Shown: positions 1 to 7,275, counted from the stretch's first letter. The stretch: DNA of 32,000 nucleotides from Alphaproteobacteria bacterium (GCA_027485835.1 JAIXQG010000002.1:710983-742982), one strand, 5' to 3'. The notes: a model not told the origin generated them from the letters alone. A program made the numbers and translations.

Positions 1-660
1 ATCAAGGAACACGCCGACAAGGCCAGTGTGCTGCTGGCGGAAGAGCGCGGCCCGAACCCCGACGCCGCCGAGATGTTGGTGAAGGAGCGCTTCAGCCACA
101 AGATTGCGATTGCGCCGAATGCGAGCTCGAGCATCTACTGCGGTAACGCTAGCCCGGGCATCGAGCCCTACCCTTCCAACAGCTATAACCACAAGACGCT
201 GGAAGGCACCTTTAACGTGCGCAACAAGCACCTGAAGAAGGTACTGCAAAAGCACGGCATGGATGACGAGGACACCTGGACCAGCATTACCGTCAATGGT
301 GGCAGCGTAATGCACCTCGACTTCCTGACCGATGCCGAGAAGGACGTGTTCAAGACCGCGTTTGAACTGGACCAGCGCTGGCTGATTGAGCACGCCGCCG
401 ACCGTACGCCGTTCATCTGCCAAAGCCAGAGTCTCAACGTCTTCCTGCCCGCCGACGTGCACAAGCGCGACCTGCACATGCTGCACTACATGGCGTGGAA
501 GAAGGGCATTAAGAGCCTGTACTACTGCCGCAGCAAGAGCTTGCAGCGCGCCGAAGTGGTGAGCCTGCCGGGCAACCAGCCGAAGCAGCAGGTGCAGCTG
601 AAGGCGACCGGTACCGATGGTGGCGCGCAGAAATACGAAGAGTGCTTGGCCTGCCAATAG
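1..660 (+). CDS. nrdA: Class Ia ribonucleotide reductase large subunit, C-terminal ~220 aa (5' end outside window)
   Basis: Frame 1 is open from base 1 to TAG 658-660, the same frame as ORF-track 28..660. It carries C-terminal RNR-alpha-like segments (QSQSLNVFL, SLYYCRSKS) and a terminal Cys pair (EECLACQ) like the redox-shuttle tail. nrdB follows. Confidence 0.85.
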   Translation: MKEHADKASVLLAEERGPNPDAAEMLVKERFSHKIAIAPNASSSIYCGNASPGIEPYPSNSYNHKTLEGTFNVRNKHLKKVLQKHGMDDEDTWTSITVNGGSVMHLDFLTDAEKDVFKTAFELDQRWLIEHAADRTPFICQSQSLNVFLPADVHKRDLHMLHYMAWKKGIKSLYYCRSKSLQRAEVVSLPGNQPKQQVQLKATGTDGGAQKYEECLACQ

Positions 661-670
661 GTTGTGTGTC

Positions 671-778
671 GGCGAAACCGGACGGGCGATTCGGCACGTT
701 TTCGGGAGGCTTATGTACCTTTTCTGCTGTACACGGCGCCTCCCGAAACCGCACCGACTCATCCCGCCGGATTCCGCC
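671..778. repeat. Nested-hairpin intergenic repeat, family 1, copy 1
   Basis: Imperfect outer arms are 671-689 and 759-778. Inner arms are GTTTTCGGGAGGC (698-710) and GCCTCCCGAAAC (738-749). The apex is TTATGTAC-N10-GTACAC (711-734). Architecture and apical motif match 25614-25724 and 29681-29789. Confidence 0.75.
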
Positions 779-1037
779 GAAGTGCGGCTGCCGAGGTGAG
801 GAGTCCGTTCCTTCTTAGGGTACGGTTATAAGTGATGATAGGTAGCGTCTATCGAATTGATAAATATCAAATAACCCTTGCAAAATAAGGGTTGAAGCGA
901 ACCGCTGGAGGGAGGATAACCGAAGGCGGGACGGGGTAAAAAGTTTACGACGTTTGGGAGGGGATGCCCCGCAAGGGGACGGCCTTTTCCGCTGGGTGGC
1001 GCCGCACGCACCACCCCTAACCAAAGGAGAAACGGCA

Positions 1038-2210
1038 ATGACGGCAAGTGTCATTAATTTTGAGCCTGCGGCCGCGAAAGTGACCCAGCAAGCCCATGCC
1101 AAACAACGAGAAAAGGAAGGACGTACCATGCCAAACCTGAAAGAAGAACGCGTCGGCTACAAACCATTCAGCTACCCGTGGGCCTATGAAGCCTGGCTGA
1201 TGCAACAGCGCATTCACTGGCTGCCGGAAGAAGTGCCGATGGCCGATGACGTGAAGCAGTGGAGCACCGAGCTGAACCCGTCGGAAAAGAACTTGCTGAC
1301 CCAGATCTTCCGCTTCTTTACCCAAAGCGACGTGGAAGTGAACGGGGCGTACATCAAGTACTTCACCCAAGTGTTCAAGAGCACCGAAGTGCTGATGATG
1401 ATGAACAGCTTTGCTAACATGGAAACCGTGCACATTGCGGCCTACAGCCACCTGTTGGACACCATCGGTATGCCGGAAACCGAATACTCGGCCTTCATGG
1501 AATACTCGCAAATGAAGGACAAGTACGACTTTTTGCACAGTGTGAACATTGACGACGACCACAGCATTGCCGTGGCCATGGCGATTTTTGCCGCGTTTAC
1601 CGAAGGTCTGTCCCTGTTTGCCAGCTTCGCGATGCTGATGAACTTCCCGCGCTTTAACAAGATGAAGGGCATGGGTCAGATCGTGACCTGGAGCGTGCGT
1701 GATGAAACCCTGCACGTGCAGAGCATGATCAAGCTGTTCAACACCTTCATTTCGGAAAACCCGAACATCTGGACCGAGCGCCTGAAGACCGAGATCACCG
1801 ACGCCTGCAAGAAGATCGTGGAGATGGAAGACAAGTTCATCGATCTCGCCTTTGAAATGGGCCCGATTGAAGGTATGACGCCGAAGGACGTGCAGAACTA
1901 CATCCGCTTTATTGCCGACCGTCGTCTGCGCAGCCTGAACCTTGATCCGGTTTACAACATCGAGAAAAACCCGCTGCCGTGGATGGACCTGATGCTGAAC
2001 GCCGACGAGCACTCCAACTTCTTTGAGCAGCGCTCGACCGAGTACGCCAAGGCTTCGACCCGTGGTAGCTGGGACGAGGCGTTTGACGCGATGCTGGAAA
2101 CCAGCAACGAGGATACCGCCCGCAGCCCCGTTAACATGGAAACATGGGACGAGAGCAAGCTTGCGAATACCTTTAAACCGCTGCAAGAGCAGTTTGGTTT
2201 GAAGAACTAA
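1038..2210 (+). CDS. nrdB: Class Ia ribonucleotide reductase small (R2) subunit
   Basis: ORF-track 954..2210. I moved the start to ATG 1038, which is preceded by AAGGAGA (1024-1030). ATG 1128, preceded by AAGGAAGG, is an alternative. Di-iron/tyrosyl-radical-type motifs are present: NMETVHIAAYSH (E-x-x-H then Y), FTEG, RDETLH. Confidence 0.9.
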   Translation: MTASVINFEPAAAKVTQQAHAKQREKEGRTMPNLKEERVGYKPFSYPWAYEAWLMQQRIHWLPEEVPMADDVKQWSTELNPSEKNLLTQIFRFFTQSDVEVNGAYIKYFTQVFKSTEVLMMMNSFANMETVHIAAYSHLLDTIGMPETEYSAFMEYSQMKDKYDFLHSVNIDDDHSIAVAMAIFAAFTEGLSLFASFAMLMNFPRFNKMKGMGQIVTWSVRDETLHVQSMIKLFNTFISENPNIWTERLKTEITDACKKIVEMEDKFIDLAFEMGPIEGMTPKDVQNYIRFIADRRLRSLNLDPVYNIEKNPLPWMDLMLNADEHSNFFEQRSTEYAKASTRGSWDEAFDAMLETSNEDTARSPVNMETWDESKLANTFKPLQEQFGLKN

Positions 2211-2228
2211 GCTGGTTGAAATGCCAAA

Positions 2229-2258
2229 GCCCCGAACCAGTGGTTCGGGGCCTTTTTT
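2229..2258. terminator. Rho-independent terminator between convergent nrdB and the receiver gene
   Basis: GCCCCGAAC (2229-2237), loop cagtg, GTTCGGGGC (2243-2251), then C and a T6 run. Confidence 0.8.
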
Positions 2259-2268
2259 GTGCGCCGTA

Positions 2269-2679
2269 TCAGGCGGCGCGGGTAAGGGGGAAGGGTAAGA
2301 TATCGAGAATGCGGCGGATATCCCAGACCGAGTCGGCCGTGCCTTCGGCGAAGCGAAGTTGGACCATGTTGAAGTTGTGATGATGCGCCACTTTCTCCCA
2401 GAAGGATTCCACGAAGCTGCCGGCGATGATCGGTGTGGCGCGGTATCCCCGCATGGCGCGGATCCGCTGAGCAAGCTGGTGGCCGACTTCCGTGCAGCCG
2501 ATCATACTGGCAAGGCAGATCGCACCGAAGGGAGCGCCGCGTTCGTAGGCTTCGTTTAGCTTCAGGATAGCTTCTTCCGGTGTTGCTGCGACATGAACGT
2601 CGTAGCTGTAAGTCTCCAGTTGCTTGGCAAGAAGCGTACGCGAGGACGAATCGTTATCGATAATGAGTAGAGGGGCCAT
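2269..2679 (-). CDS. Stand-alone CheY-like receiver-fold protein, apparently lacking the phospho-acceptor Asp
   Basis: 136-aa ORF with GGAGA 5 nt upstream of ATG (2677-2679). It shows a receiver-like alternating pattern (LLIIDNDSSSRTLLAKQLE...ATPIIAGSF...). The beta3 segment reads FGAICLASMIG, with no Asp. Confidence 0.65.
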   Translation of the reverse strand: MAPLLIIDNDSSSRTLLAKQLETYSYDVHVAATPEEAILKLNEAYERGAPFGAICLASMIGCTEVGHQLAQRIRAMRGYRATPIIAGSFVESFWEKVAHHHNFNMVQLRFAEGTADSVWDIRRILDILPFPLTRAA

Positions 2680-2718
2680 GGGGGTCTCCGTTGGCGTAAT
2701 GGAAAAGATATCGGGTCG

Positions 2719-2747
2719 TTAACTAGAATTAACTTGCGCGGTATAAG
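2719..2747 (+). promoter_or_regulatory. Candidate sigma70-type promoter for trmD
   Basis: TTAACT (2719-2724), 17-nt spacer, TATAAG (2742-2747), about 60 nt upstream of trmD. Pattern match only. Confidence 0.35.
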
Positions 2748-2809
2748 CGGGTGGGTGCAGCGAGGCAAGAGGGCTAGCCGGGCGCGTTGCTGCATGGTAA
2801 GGAGCTGGT

Positions 2810-3505
2810 ATGGATATGAAACCACCCTTTACCGTGACGATCGTGACCTTGTTTCCGGAGGCGTTTCCGGGTTTGCTGGGCATGAGCGTGCTGGGGCGGG
2901 GTTTGAAGGCCGGTGCGTGGGAGCTAAAGGTGCTGAGCATCCGTGATTTTGCCCATGACAAGCACAAGACCGTGGATGACACCCCTTACGGCGGCGGGGC
3001 GGGCATGGTGATGAAGCCGGACATTGTGGCGGCGGCGTTGCGTGCGGCCAAGGCGGAGAACCCCGGTGCCACAACGATTTACATGGGGCCTGCGGGTAAA
3101 CGGTTTGTGCAGCCGACGGCGCGGCTATTTGCCGAAGGGGCTGGTTTGATTGTGCTGTGCGGTCACTACGAAGGGATTGACGAGCGCGTGCTGGAAGCCG
3201 AGGTGGATGAAGTTGTTTCGGTGGGAGATTTCGTGCTTTCGGGCGGCGAAAACGCGGCCATGGTGGTGGTGGATGCGGTAGTGCGGTTGTTGCCCAACGT
3301 GTTGGGCGGGGATGCCAGTTTGCAAGAAGAGAGCTTTGATATTGTGGATGAAACCGGTGCGCCGCTGGTGGAGTATCCGCATTATACGCGGCCGGTGGAG
3401 TGGGAAGGGCGTGTGGTGCCGGAGGTATTGCGGGGCGGGAACCATGGCGAGGTGGCGAAGTGGCGTTTGGCACGGGCCAAGGAGCGCACGGCGAAAGTGA
3501 AGTAG
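2810..3505 (+). CDS. trmD: tRNA (guanine37-N1)-methyltransferase
   Basis: AAGGAG (2799-2804) lies 5 nt before ATG 2810. The N-terminus IVTLFPEAFPG...DDTPYGGGAGMVMKPD and the later LCGHYEGIDERV are typical TrmD motifs. rplS is downstream. Confidence 0.92.
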   Translation: MDMKPPFTVTIVTLFPEAFPGLLGMSVLGRGLKAGAWELKVLSIRDFAHDKHKTVDDTPYGGGAGMVMKPDIVAAALRAAKAENPGATTIYMGPAGKRFVQPTARLFAEGAGLIVLCGHYEGIDERVLEAEVDEVVSVGDFVLSGGENAAMVVVDAVVRLLPNVLGGDASLQEESFDIVDETGAPLVEYPHYTRPVEWEGRVVPEVLRGGNHGEVAKWRLARAKERTAKVK

Positions 3506-3667
3506 GCGCTTTTTAGAAAAAGTGCTTGCGATTGGGGGGGATATGGGGTACTTCCCCCTTCAGACCGCATGCCTGAGGGCGTGCCGCATATGCCTCTGAC
3601 GGTGGGAATTGTTAGGAAATTCCGTAAATTATCCGTGAATGCCTGTGTTGAAATGAGGAGAAACGCC

Positions 3668-4105
3668 ATGGATATCATCGCGCAACTGAACAAAGAGAGC
3701 ATGGAAGCTCGCAACGCCAGCATCCCGGACTTTGCCGCCGGCGACACCCTGCGCGTTCACGTTAAGGTTAAAGAAGGTGACAAGACCCGCGTACAGGTAT
3801 TTGAAGGCCTGTGCATCGCCCGTCACAACAAGAGCATCGGTAGCAGCTTTACCGTACGCAAGATCTCCTTCGGTGAAGGTGTAGAGCGCGTATTCCCGCT
3901 GTACAGCCCGGTTCTGGAAAAGATTGAGCTGGTCCGTCGCGGTGAAGTGCGTCGTGCCAAGCTGTACTACCTGCGTGGCCTGACCGGTAAGGCTGCCCGT
4001 ATTGCTGAAAAGGCCCGTAAGCTGGTTCCGGCTGTGGGTTCTGCTGAAACCGCCAAGACTGCCGCTCCGGTCGATGCCGACAAGGCTGAAGGCGCCAACG
4101 CGTAA
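3668..4105 (+). CDS. rplS: 50S ribosomal protein L19
   Basis: The ORF-track start 3569 is trimmed to ATG 3668, which is preceded by GAGGAG (3655-3660). [10 protein letters not shown]...[23 protein letters not shown]...[18 protein letters not shown] is canonical L19, with an Ala/Lys-rich C-terminal tail. Confidence 0.92.
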   Translation: MDIIAQLNKESMEARNASIPDFAAGDTLRVHVKVKEGDKTRVQVFEGLCIARHNKSIGSSFTVRKISFGEGVERVFPLYSPVLEKIELVRRGEVRRAKLYYLRGLTGKAARIAEKARKLVPAVGSAETAKTAAPVDADKAEGANA

Positions 4106-4120
4106 GCGACTGAAAGCGTG

Positions 4121-4149
4121 AAAAGAGGTGGCCAAGGCCGCCTTTTTTT
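4121..4149 (+). terminator. Rho-independent terminator after rplS
   Basis: GGTGGC (4127-4132), loop caag, GCCGCC (4137-4142). Flanking A/T pairs extend the stem and a T7 run (4143-4149) follows. Confidence 0.75.
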
Positions 4150-4159
4150 GCGGCTTTGC

Positions 4160-4338
4160 TAAAGACGTGGTCGCCTCTTTTTTACCTAGCCTGCTAACCT
4201 ATGGACGAAGCGGAGAACGCGTTTGGATTGCGTTGTTAAAAACGTCAAATAGGGCCGCTATTAGCCATTTTTATCACCTCAACCAAACACGCTCCCGCTT
4301 CGTCATGCTAGGCAAAAAAGAGGCGACCACGTCTTTTA
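4160..4338. repeat. Long nested-hairpin element, family 2, copy 1 (179 bp)
   Basis: Stem 1 (4161-4190 with 4307-4336) pairs at 29 of 30 positions. A 10-nt one-sided bulge CTGCTAACCT lies at 4191-4200. Stem 2 is 4201-4226 with 4283-4306. The 56-nt centre (4227-4282) contains AAATAGGGCCGCTATTA (4247-4263). The plan matches 13859-14034. Confidence 0.8.
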
Positions 4339-4378
4339 ATTGCTGGGTTTTGAGAGCGAATGTGCTTATACTTGGCGT

Positions 4379-5101
4379 ATGAGGGGAGATCAGTCCGTTA
4401 TCGTCGGAGTTCCGCAGGCTATTGCCGTGATGGACTTGGTTTTGGCCGGTGTAAGCGCCGAGCTGGGTGATACCCCGTTTGACTGGTTGGGCAGCGCCAA
4501 AGCGGCTGCGAAAGAGCCTACCACCGCCCCTGCAAAAGCCGAAGCGCCCGCATTGAAGGGTGTGGAAGTGGACGATGCGCCCAAGCCCGTGTTTGCGCCG
4601 TTGTTGCCGGATAGTCCGCTTTCGGCTCAGGCCAAACCCGTACGTAAGGCACTGCCGGTTGTGGCCGAGGTTCCGGCCCGTGTGTGGCGTGAGGCCGAGG
4701 GCGCCGAGGTGGTGATGGTGGTGCAAGGCGAGATGCCGGATGAGCGGTGCCAGCAACTGGCGCGGGCGATGCTGGTTGCGGCGGGGTTGAAGGATAAGCC
4801 ACTTGGGTTTGTGGGATATGAAGGCAAGGTGGCCGCGGATGAGCTGCGTGCCGAGATTGTGACCGCCGGTGGCGCCCACGTGCTGGTGATGGGGCAGGGG
4901 CCGTTGGGCGTGTTGTTGGGCCGGAATTTGGGTGTAGAAGGCTGGCATGCCGCCGGTGGCACCGACATGTTGGGTTTGGACCGTGCCGTGGGCGTGACCT
5001 ACCCGTTGGAATTGCTATTGAAGCAACCGTTGTTTAAGCGTTTAGCGTGGCAGCATATGCTGGCGTGGGGCGAACCGTCATTTAAGAATAAGGGAGACTA
5101 A
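4379..5101 (+). CDS. Hypothetical protein with an Ala/Pro-rich linker and a conserved-looking C-terminal alpha/beta domain
   Basis: ORF-track 4340..5101 starts at a TTG inside the repeat. The first ATG is 4379 and ATG 4430 is also possible; no clear SD precedes either. No catalytic motif was recognised. Confidence 0.5.
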   Translation: MRGDQSVIVGVPQAIAVMDLVLAGVSAELGDTPFDWLGSAKAAAKEPTTAPAKAEAPALKGVEVDDAPKPVFAPLLPDSPLSAQAKPVRKALPVVAEVPARVWREAEGAEVVMVVQGEMPDERCQQLARAMLVAAGLKDKPLGFVGYEGKVAADELRAEIVTAGGAHVLVMGQGPLGVLLGRNLGVEGWHAAGGTDMLGLDRAVGVTYPLELLLKQPLFKRLAWQHMLAWGEPSFKNKGD

Positions 5102-5105
5102 GGAT

Positions 5106-7124
5106 ATGGTCCGTTGGAGTTTATTGGCGGCGCTACTGGTGATACCGGTAGGCTATGCCGACATGCAGGATGGTGCGGTGAACGAGCAAAATCTGGCAGC
5201 GATTGAACCGGCGGCCGGTGAGGATGACACCCCCGACCTGTTGGGCGAGCGCGCCAAGCAGATTCAGGATGAGGTGCGCGACGAGCTTTCCGGTGAGGAT
5301 GGCGGTAGCAAGGATGAGGCTGCGGTTGCGCCTATCGCCCCTGTGGAGAAGGGTGAGAAAGAGGATACCCGGGCGGTTTCGGCCAGCGGTATGAAGGTGC
5401 TGAGCAATAGCGACGCCAAGGCCTACCGCGAGGCGATGAAGCGCGCGCGGCGCGGGGAATTTCCGGCCCTGAAGGTGGAGGACGAGCTGCTGCTGGGCGA
5501 AGTGCGCGGGTTGTATTTGATGAACAAGCGCGGCGCGACGTTTAGCGAGCTGAATGGCTGGCTGAAGGACTATCGGGATTTGCCGATGGCGGCTTCGATC
5601 TATGACGAGGCCCTCAGTAAGCGCGAAACGCCCAAGCGTGTGTGCAAAACCAAACTGGTGACCAAGAAGGTTAAGAACAAGAAGACCGGTAAGATGGTCA
5701 GCAAGAAGGTGGATCAGAAGGTTTGTTCGTCGCAGGGTGGTTATGGCCCGATGCCGGTGAGAACCCTGCTGATGGAAAAAAAGGAAGCTACCCGTGCGGC
5801 ACAGGATGCCGCCCGTGCCAGCGACCTTGCCAAATTGCCTGCGGCCGGGCGTTCGGCCCTTGGCCAAAGCTGGCGTTTGCGCGGACAGGGCAAGTATGCC
5901 GAAGCGGCCAGCGTGATGTTGCAACCCGGCGTGCGTAACGCCGCGGGTGATGACAAGTGGCAGGGCGAACTGGTGCGTATTGCCGATTTTTATCATGGCA
6001 AGCGTATGTGGAAAGAGATGGTGCGTGTGGCCGAGCCCGCCAGCACCGCCCGTGGCCCCAACCGCGACGATGCACGCTGGTTGGCGGGGTATGGTCATTA
6101 CATGTTGGGTAACAAGGCCGCTGCGGCCGAGCAGTGGAGCCAGCTTGTGAAGGAAGAACCGGCAACGGGGACGCACAGTGCGCGTGCGGCCTTCTGGGGG
6201 GCACGCGCCTATAGCGAGCTGAACCAAGACAGCCGTGCCAAGAGCTTGCTGGAAGCGGGCGCGAAGGATCCAATCAGCTTTTATGGCCAGTTGAGTGCGG
6301 CCAAGCTGGGGAAGGCCCAACGTTTGGATTGGGATGTGCCGCATGTGGATGCCCGTGGTTTTGAACAGCTGACCCGTGTGAAGGCTGCCAAGCGCGGCTT
6401 GGCGCTGGCGCAGATTGGCGAAGTTGACATGGCGCAGCGCCAGTTGCGGGCGGCGTACGAGGACTTGCCCTACCAAGCCACCCGCACCCTTGCTGCGGCG
6501 TCTGTGCGGATGGGCCTGCCTGCTACCGCGCTGTATGCCGGTAAGCAGCTGAAGGAAGAAGGTACCGTGATGCCGGCGGCGTTGTTCCCGCTGGCGGAAG
6601 AGTGGTCTCCGAAAGAAGGCTGGACCTATGACCGTGCGTTGATGGTGGGGATCATGCGTCAGGAAAGTGCGTTTAACCCGCAGATTGGCAGCCGTGTAGG
6701 CGCGCAGGGGCTGATGCAGTTGATGCCTGCGACGTCGAAGTACATCGCCCGCCTGAGCGGCAAGAGCCTGCCGGACCGTACTGATCTGCACGACCCTGCC
6801 ACCAATCTGGGTTTGGCGCAGGACTACCTGCATTATCTGAACAAGAAACTGGATGGTAACCAGTTGCTGGTGGTGGCCGCCTATAACGGCGGGATTGGCA
6901 ACGTGCGCCGCTGGCTGGACCGTGGCGTGACCCCCGGCCATGACCCGATGCTGTGGCTGGAGAGTATTCCGTTTGATGAAACCCGTGATTATGTGGAGAA
7001 GGTGTTTGCCAATTACTGGTTGTATCAGCAGCGCATGAACCAGACGCCGTGGAGTTTGGCGGCGTTAGCAGACGGCTATTGGCCGCTCCAGTACAATGGC
7101 AACCGTAAGACGGCTTTGAAGTAA
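5106..7124 (+). CDS. slt: Soluble lytic murein transglycosylase (Slt70-like)
   Basis: Signal-peptide-like N-terminus (MVRWSLLAALLVIPVGYA), a long helical-repeat region, and a C-terminal SLT domain with the catalytic-Glu motif IMRQESAFNP, GAQGLMQLMPAT and AAYNGG. Confidence 0.88.
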   Translation: MVRWSLLAALLVIPVGYADMQDGAVNEQNLAAIEPAAGEDDTPDLLGERAKQIQDEVRDELSGEDGGSKDEAAVAPIAPVEKGEKEDTRAVSASGMKVLSNSDAKAYREAMKRARRGEFPALKVEDELLLGEVRGLYLMNKRGATFSELNGWLKDYRDLPMAASIYDEALSKRETPKRVCKTKLVTKKVKNKKTGKMVSKKVDQKVCSSQGGYGPMPVRTLLMEKKEATRAAQDAARASDLAKLPAAGRSALGQSWRLRGQGKYAEAASVMLQPGVRNAAGDDKWQGELVRIADFYHGKRMWKEMVRVAEPASTARGPNRDDARWLAGYGHYMLGNKAAAAEQWSQLVKEEPATGTHSARAAFWGARAYSELNQDSRAKSLLEAGAKDPISFYGQLSAAKLGKAQRLDWDVPHVDARGFEQLTRVKAAKRGLALAQIGEVDMAQRQLRAAYEDLPYQATRTLAAASVRMGLPATALYAGKQLKEEGTVMPAALFPLAEEWSPKEGWTYDRALMVGIMRQESAFNPQIGSRVGAQGLMQLMPATSKYIARLSGKSLPDRTDLHDPATNLGLAQDYLHYLNKKLDGNQLLVVAAYNGGIGNVRRWLDRGVTPGHDPMLWLESIPFDETRDYVEKVFANYWLYQQRMNQTPWSLAALADGYWPLQYNGNRKTALK

Positions 7125-7135
7125 GCTGAGGAACG

Positions 7136-7244
7136 GCGCGGGCTAAAACACTCCCACAGCACTTTTTGGCTGGGCTGAAATACTCTTTTCTGTATTCGGC
7201 GCCCCGCCAAAAAACACTGTGGAAGCGTTTATAGCTCCGCGCGC
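7136..7244. repeat. Nested-hairpin intergenic repeat, family 1, copy 2 (variant apex)
   Basis: Outer arms are GCGCGGGCTAAAAC (7136-7149) and GTTTATAGCTCCGCGCGC (7227-7244). Inner arms are CTTTTTGGCTGGGC (7162-7175) and GCCCCGCCAAAAAA (7201-7214). The apical stem is GAAATAC...GTATTC (7177-7197). Confidence 0.75.
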
Positions 7245-7275
7245 GGGGGCTTCCGCACATGGGCATTTCATGCGC

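Noticed and set aside
900-1037. Possible cobalamin or other riboswitch in the GC-rich nrdB leader.
   Set aside because: I could not find a B12-box-like sequence or any other riboswitch core I recognise. Only generic hairpins are present. It is left as a low-interest structured leader.
954-1037. Upstream extensions offered by the ORF track for nrdB (954), rplS (3569), the GNAT gene (12029), mutY (15267), rpmE (18919), the ArsR-like gene (26316), the alpha-CTD-like gene (26991) and flhG (28695).
   Set aside because: In each case an internal ATG with a good SD coincides with the start of the conserved protein family sequence. The extensions are R/P/H-rich or run through repeats and terminators.
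1017-2474. 485-aa ORF on the minus strand, antisense to nrdB.
   Set aside because: Arg/His/Gly/Val-rich shadow frame opposite a gene with unmistakable R2 motifs. It has no SD and no recognisable domain, which is typical of a GC-rich antisense artefact.
4160-4338. Considered whether the ~180-nt family-2 elements are 6S RNA genes (similar length, rod-like fold) or integron attC sites (imperfect palindromes with variable arms).
   Set aside because: 6S RNA has a large central bubble and many bulges rather than 27-30 near-perfect base pairs, and I see none of its conserved bubble sequence. attC sites conserve the terminal RYYYAAC/GTTRRRY cores and vary centrally, the reverse of what is seen here, and no integrase is present.
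4128-4382. 84-aa ORF across the family-2 hairpin element. The tail of the minus-strand ORF 4274..4948 encodes the same KDVVASFLPS peptide.
   Set aside because: The same peptide appears from both strands because the DNA is a palindrome. The ORF begins inside the rplS terminator and has no SD.
5133-6941. 602-aa ORF antisense to the lytic transglycosylase gene.
   Set aside because: Same artefact class (R/H/Q/L-rich). The sense frame has a signal peptide and the SLT catalytic motifs.
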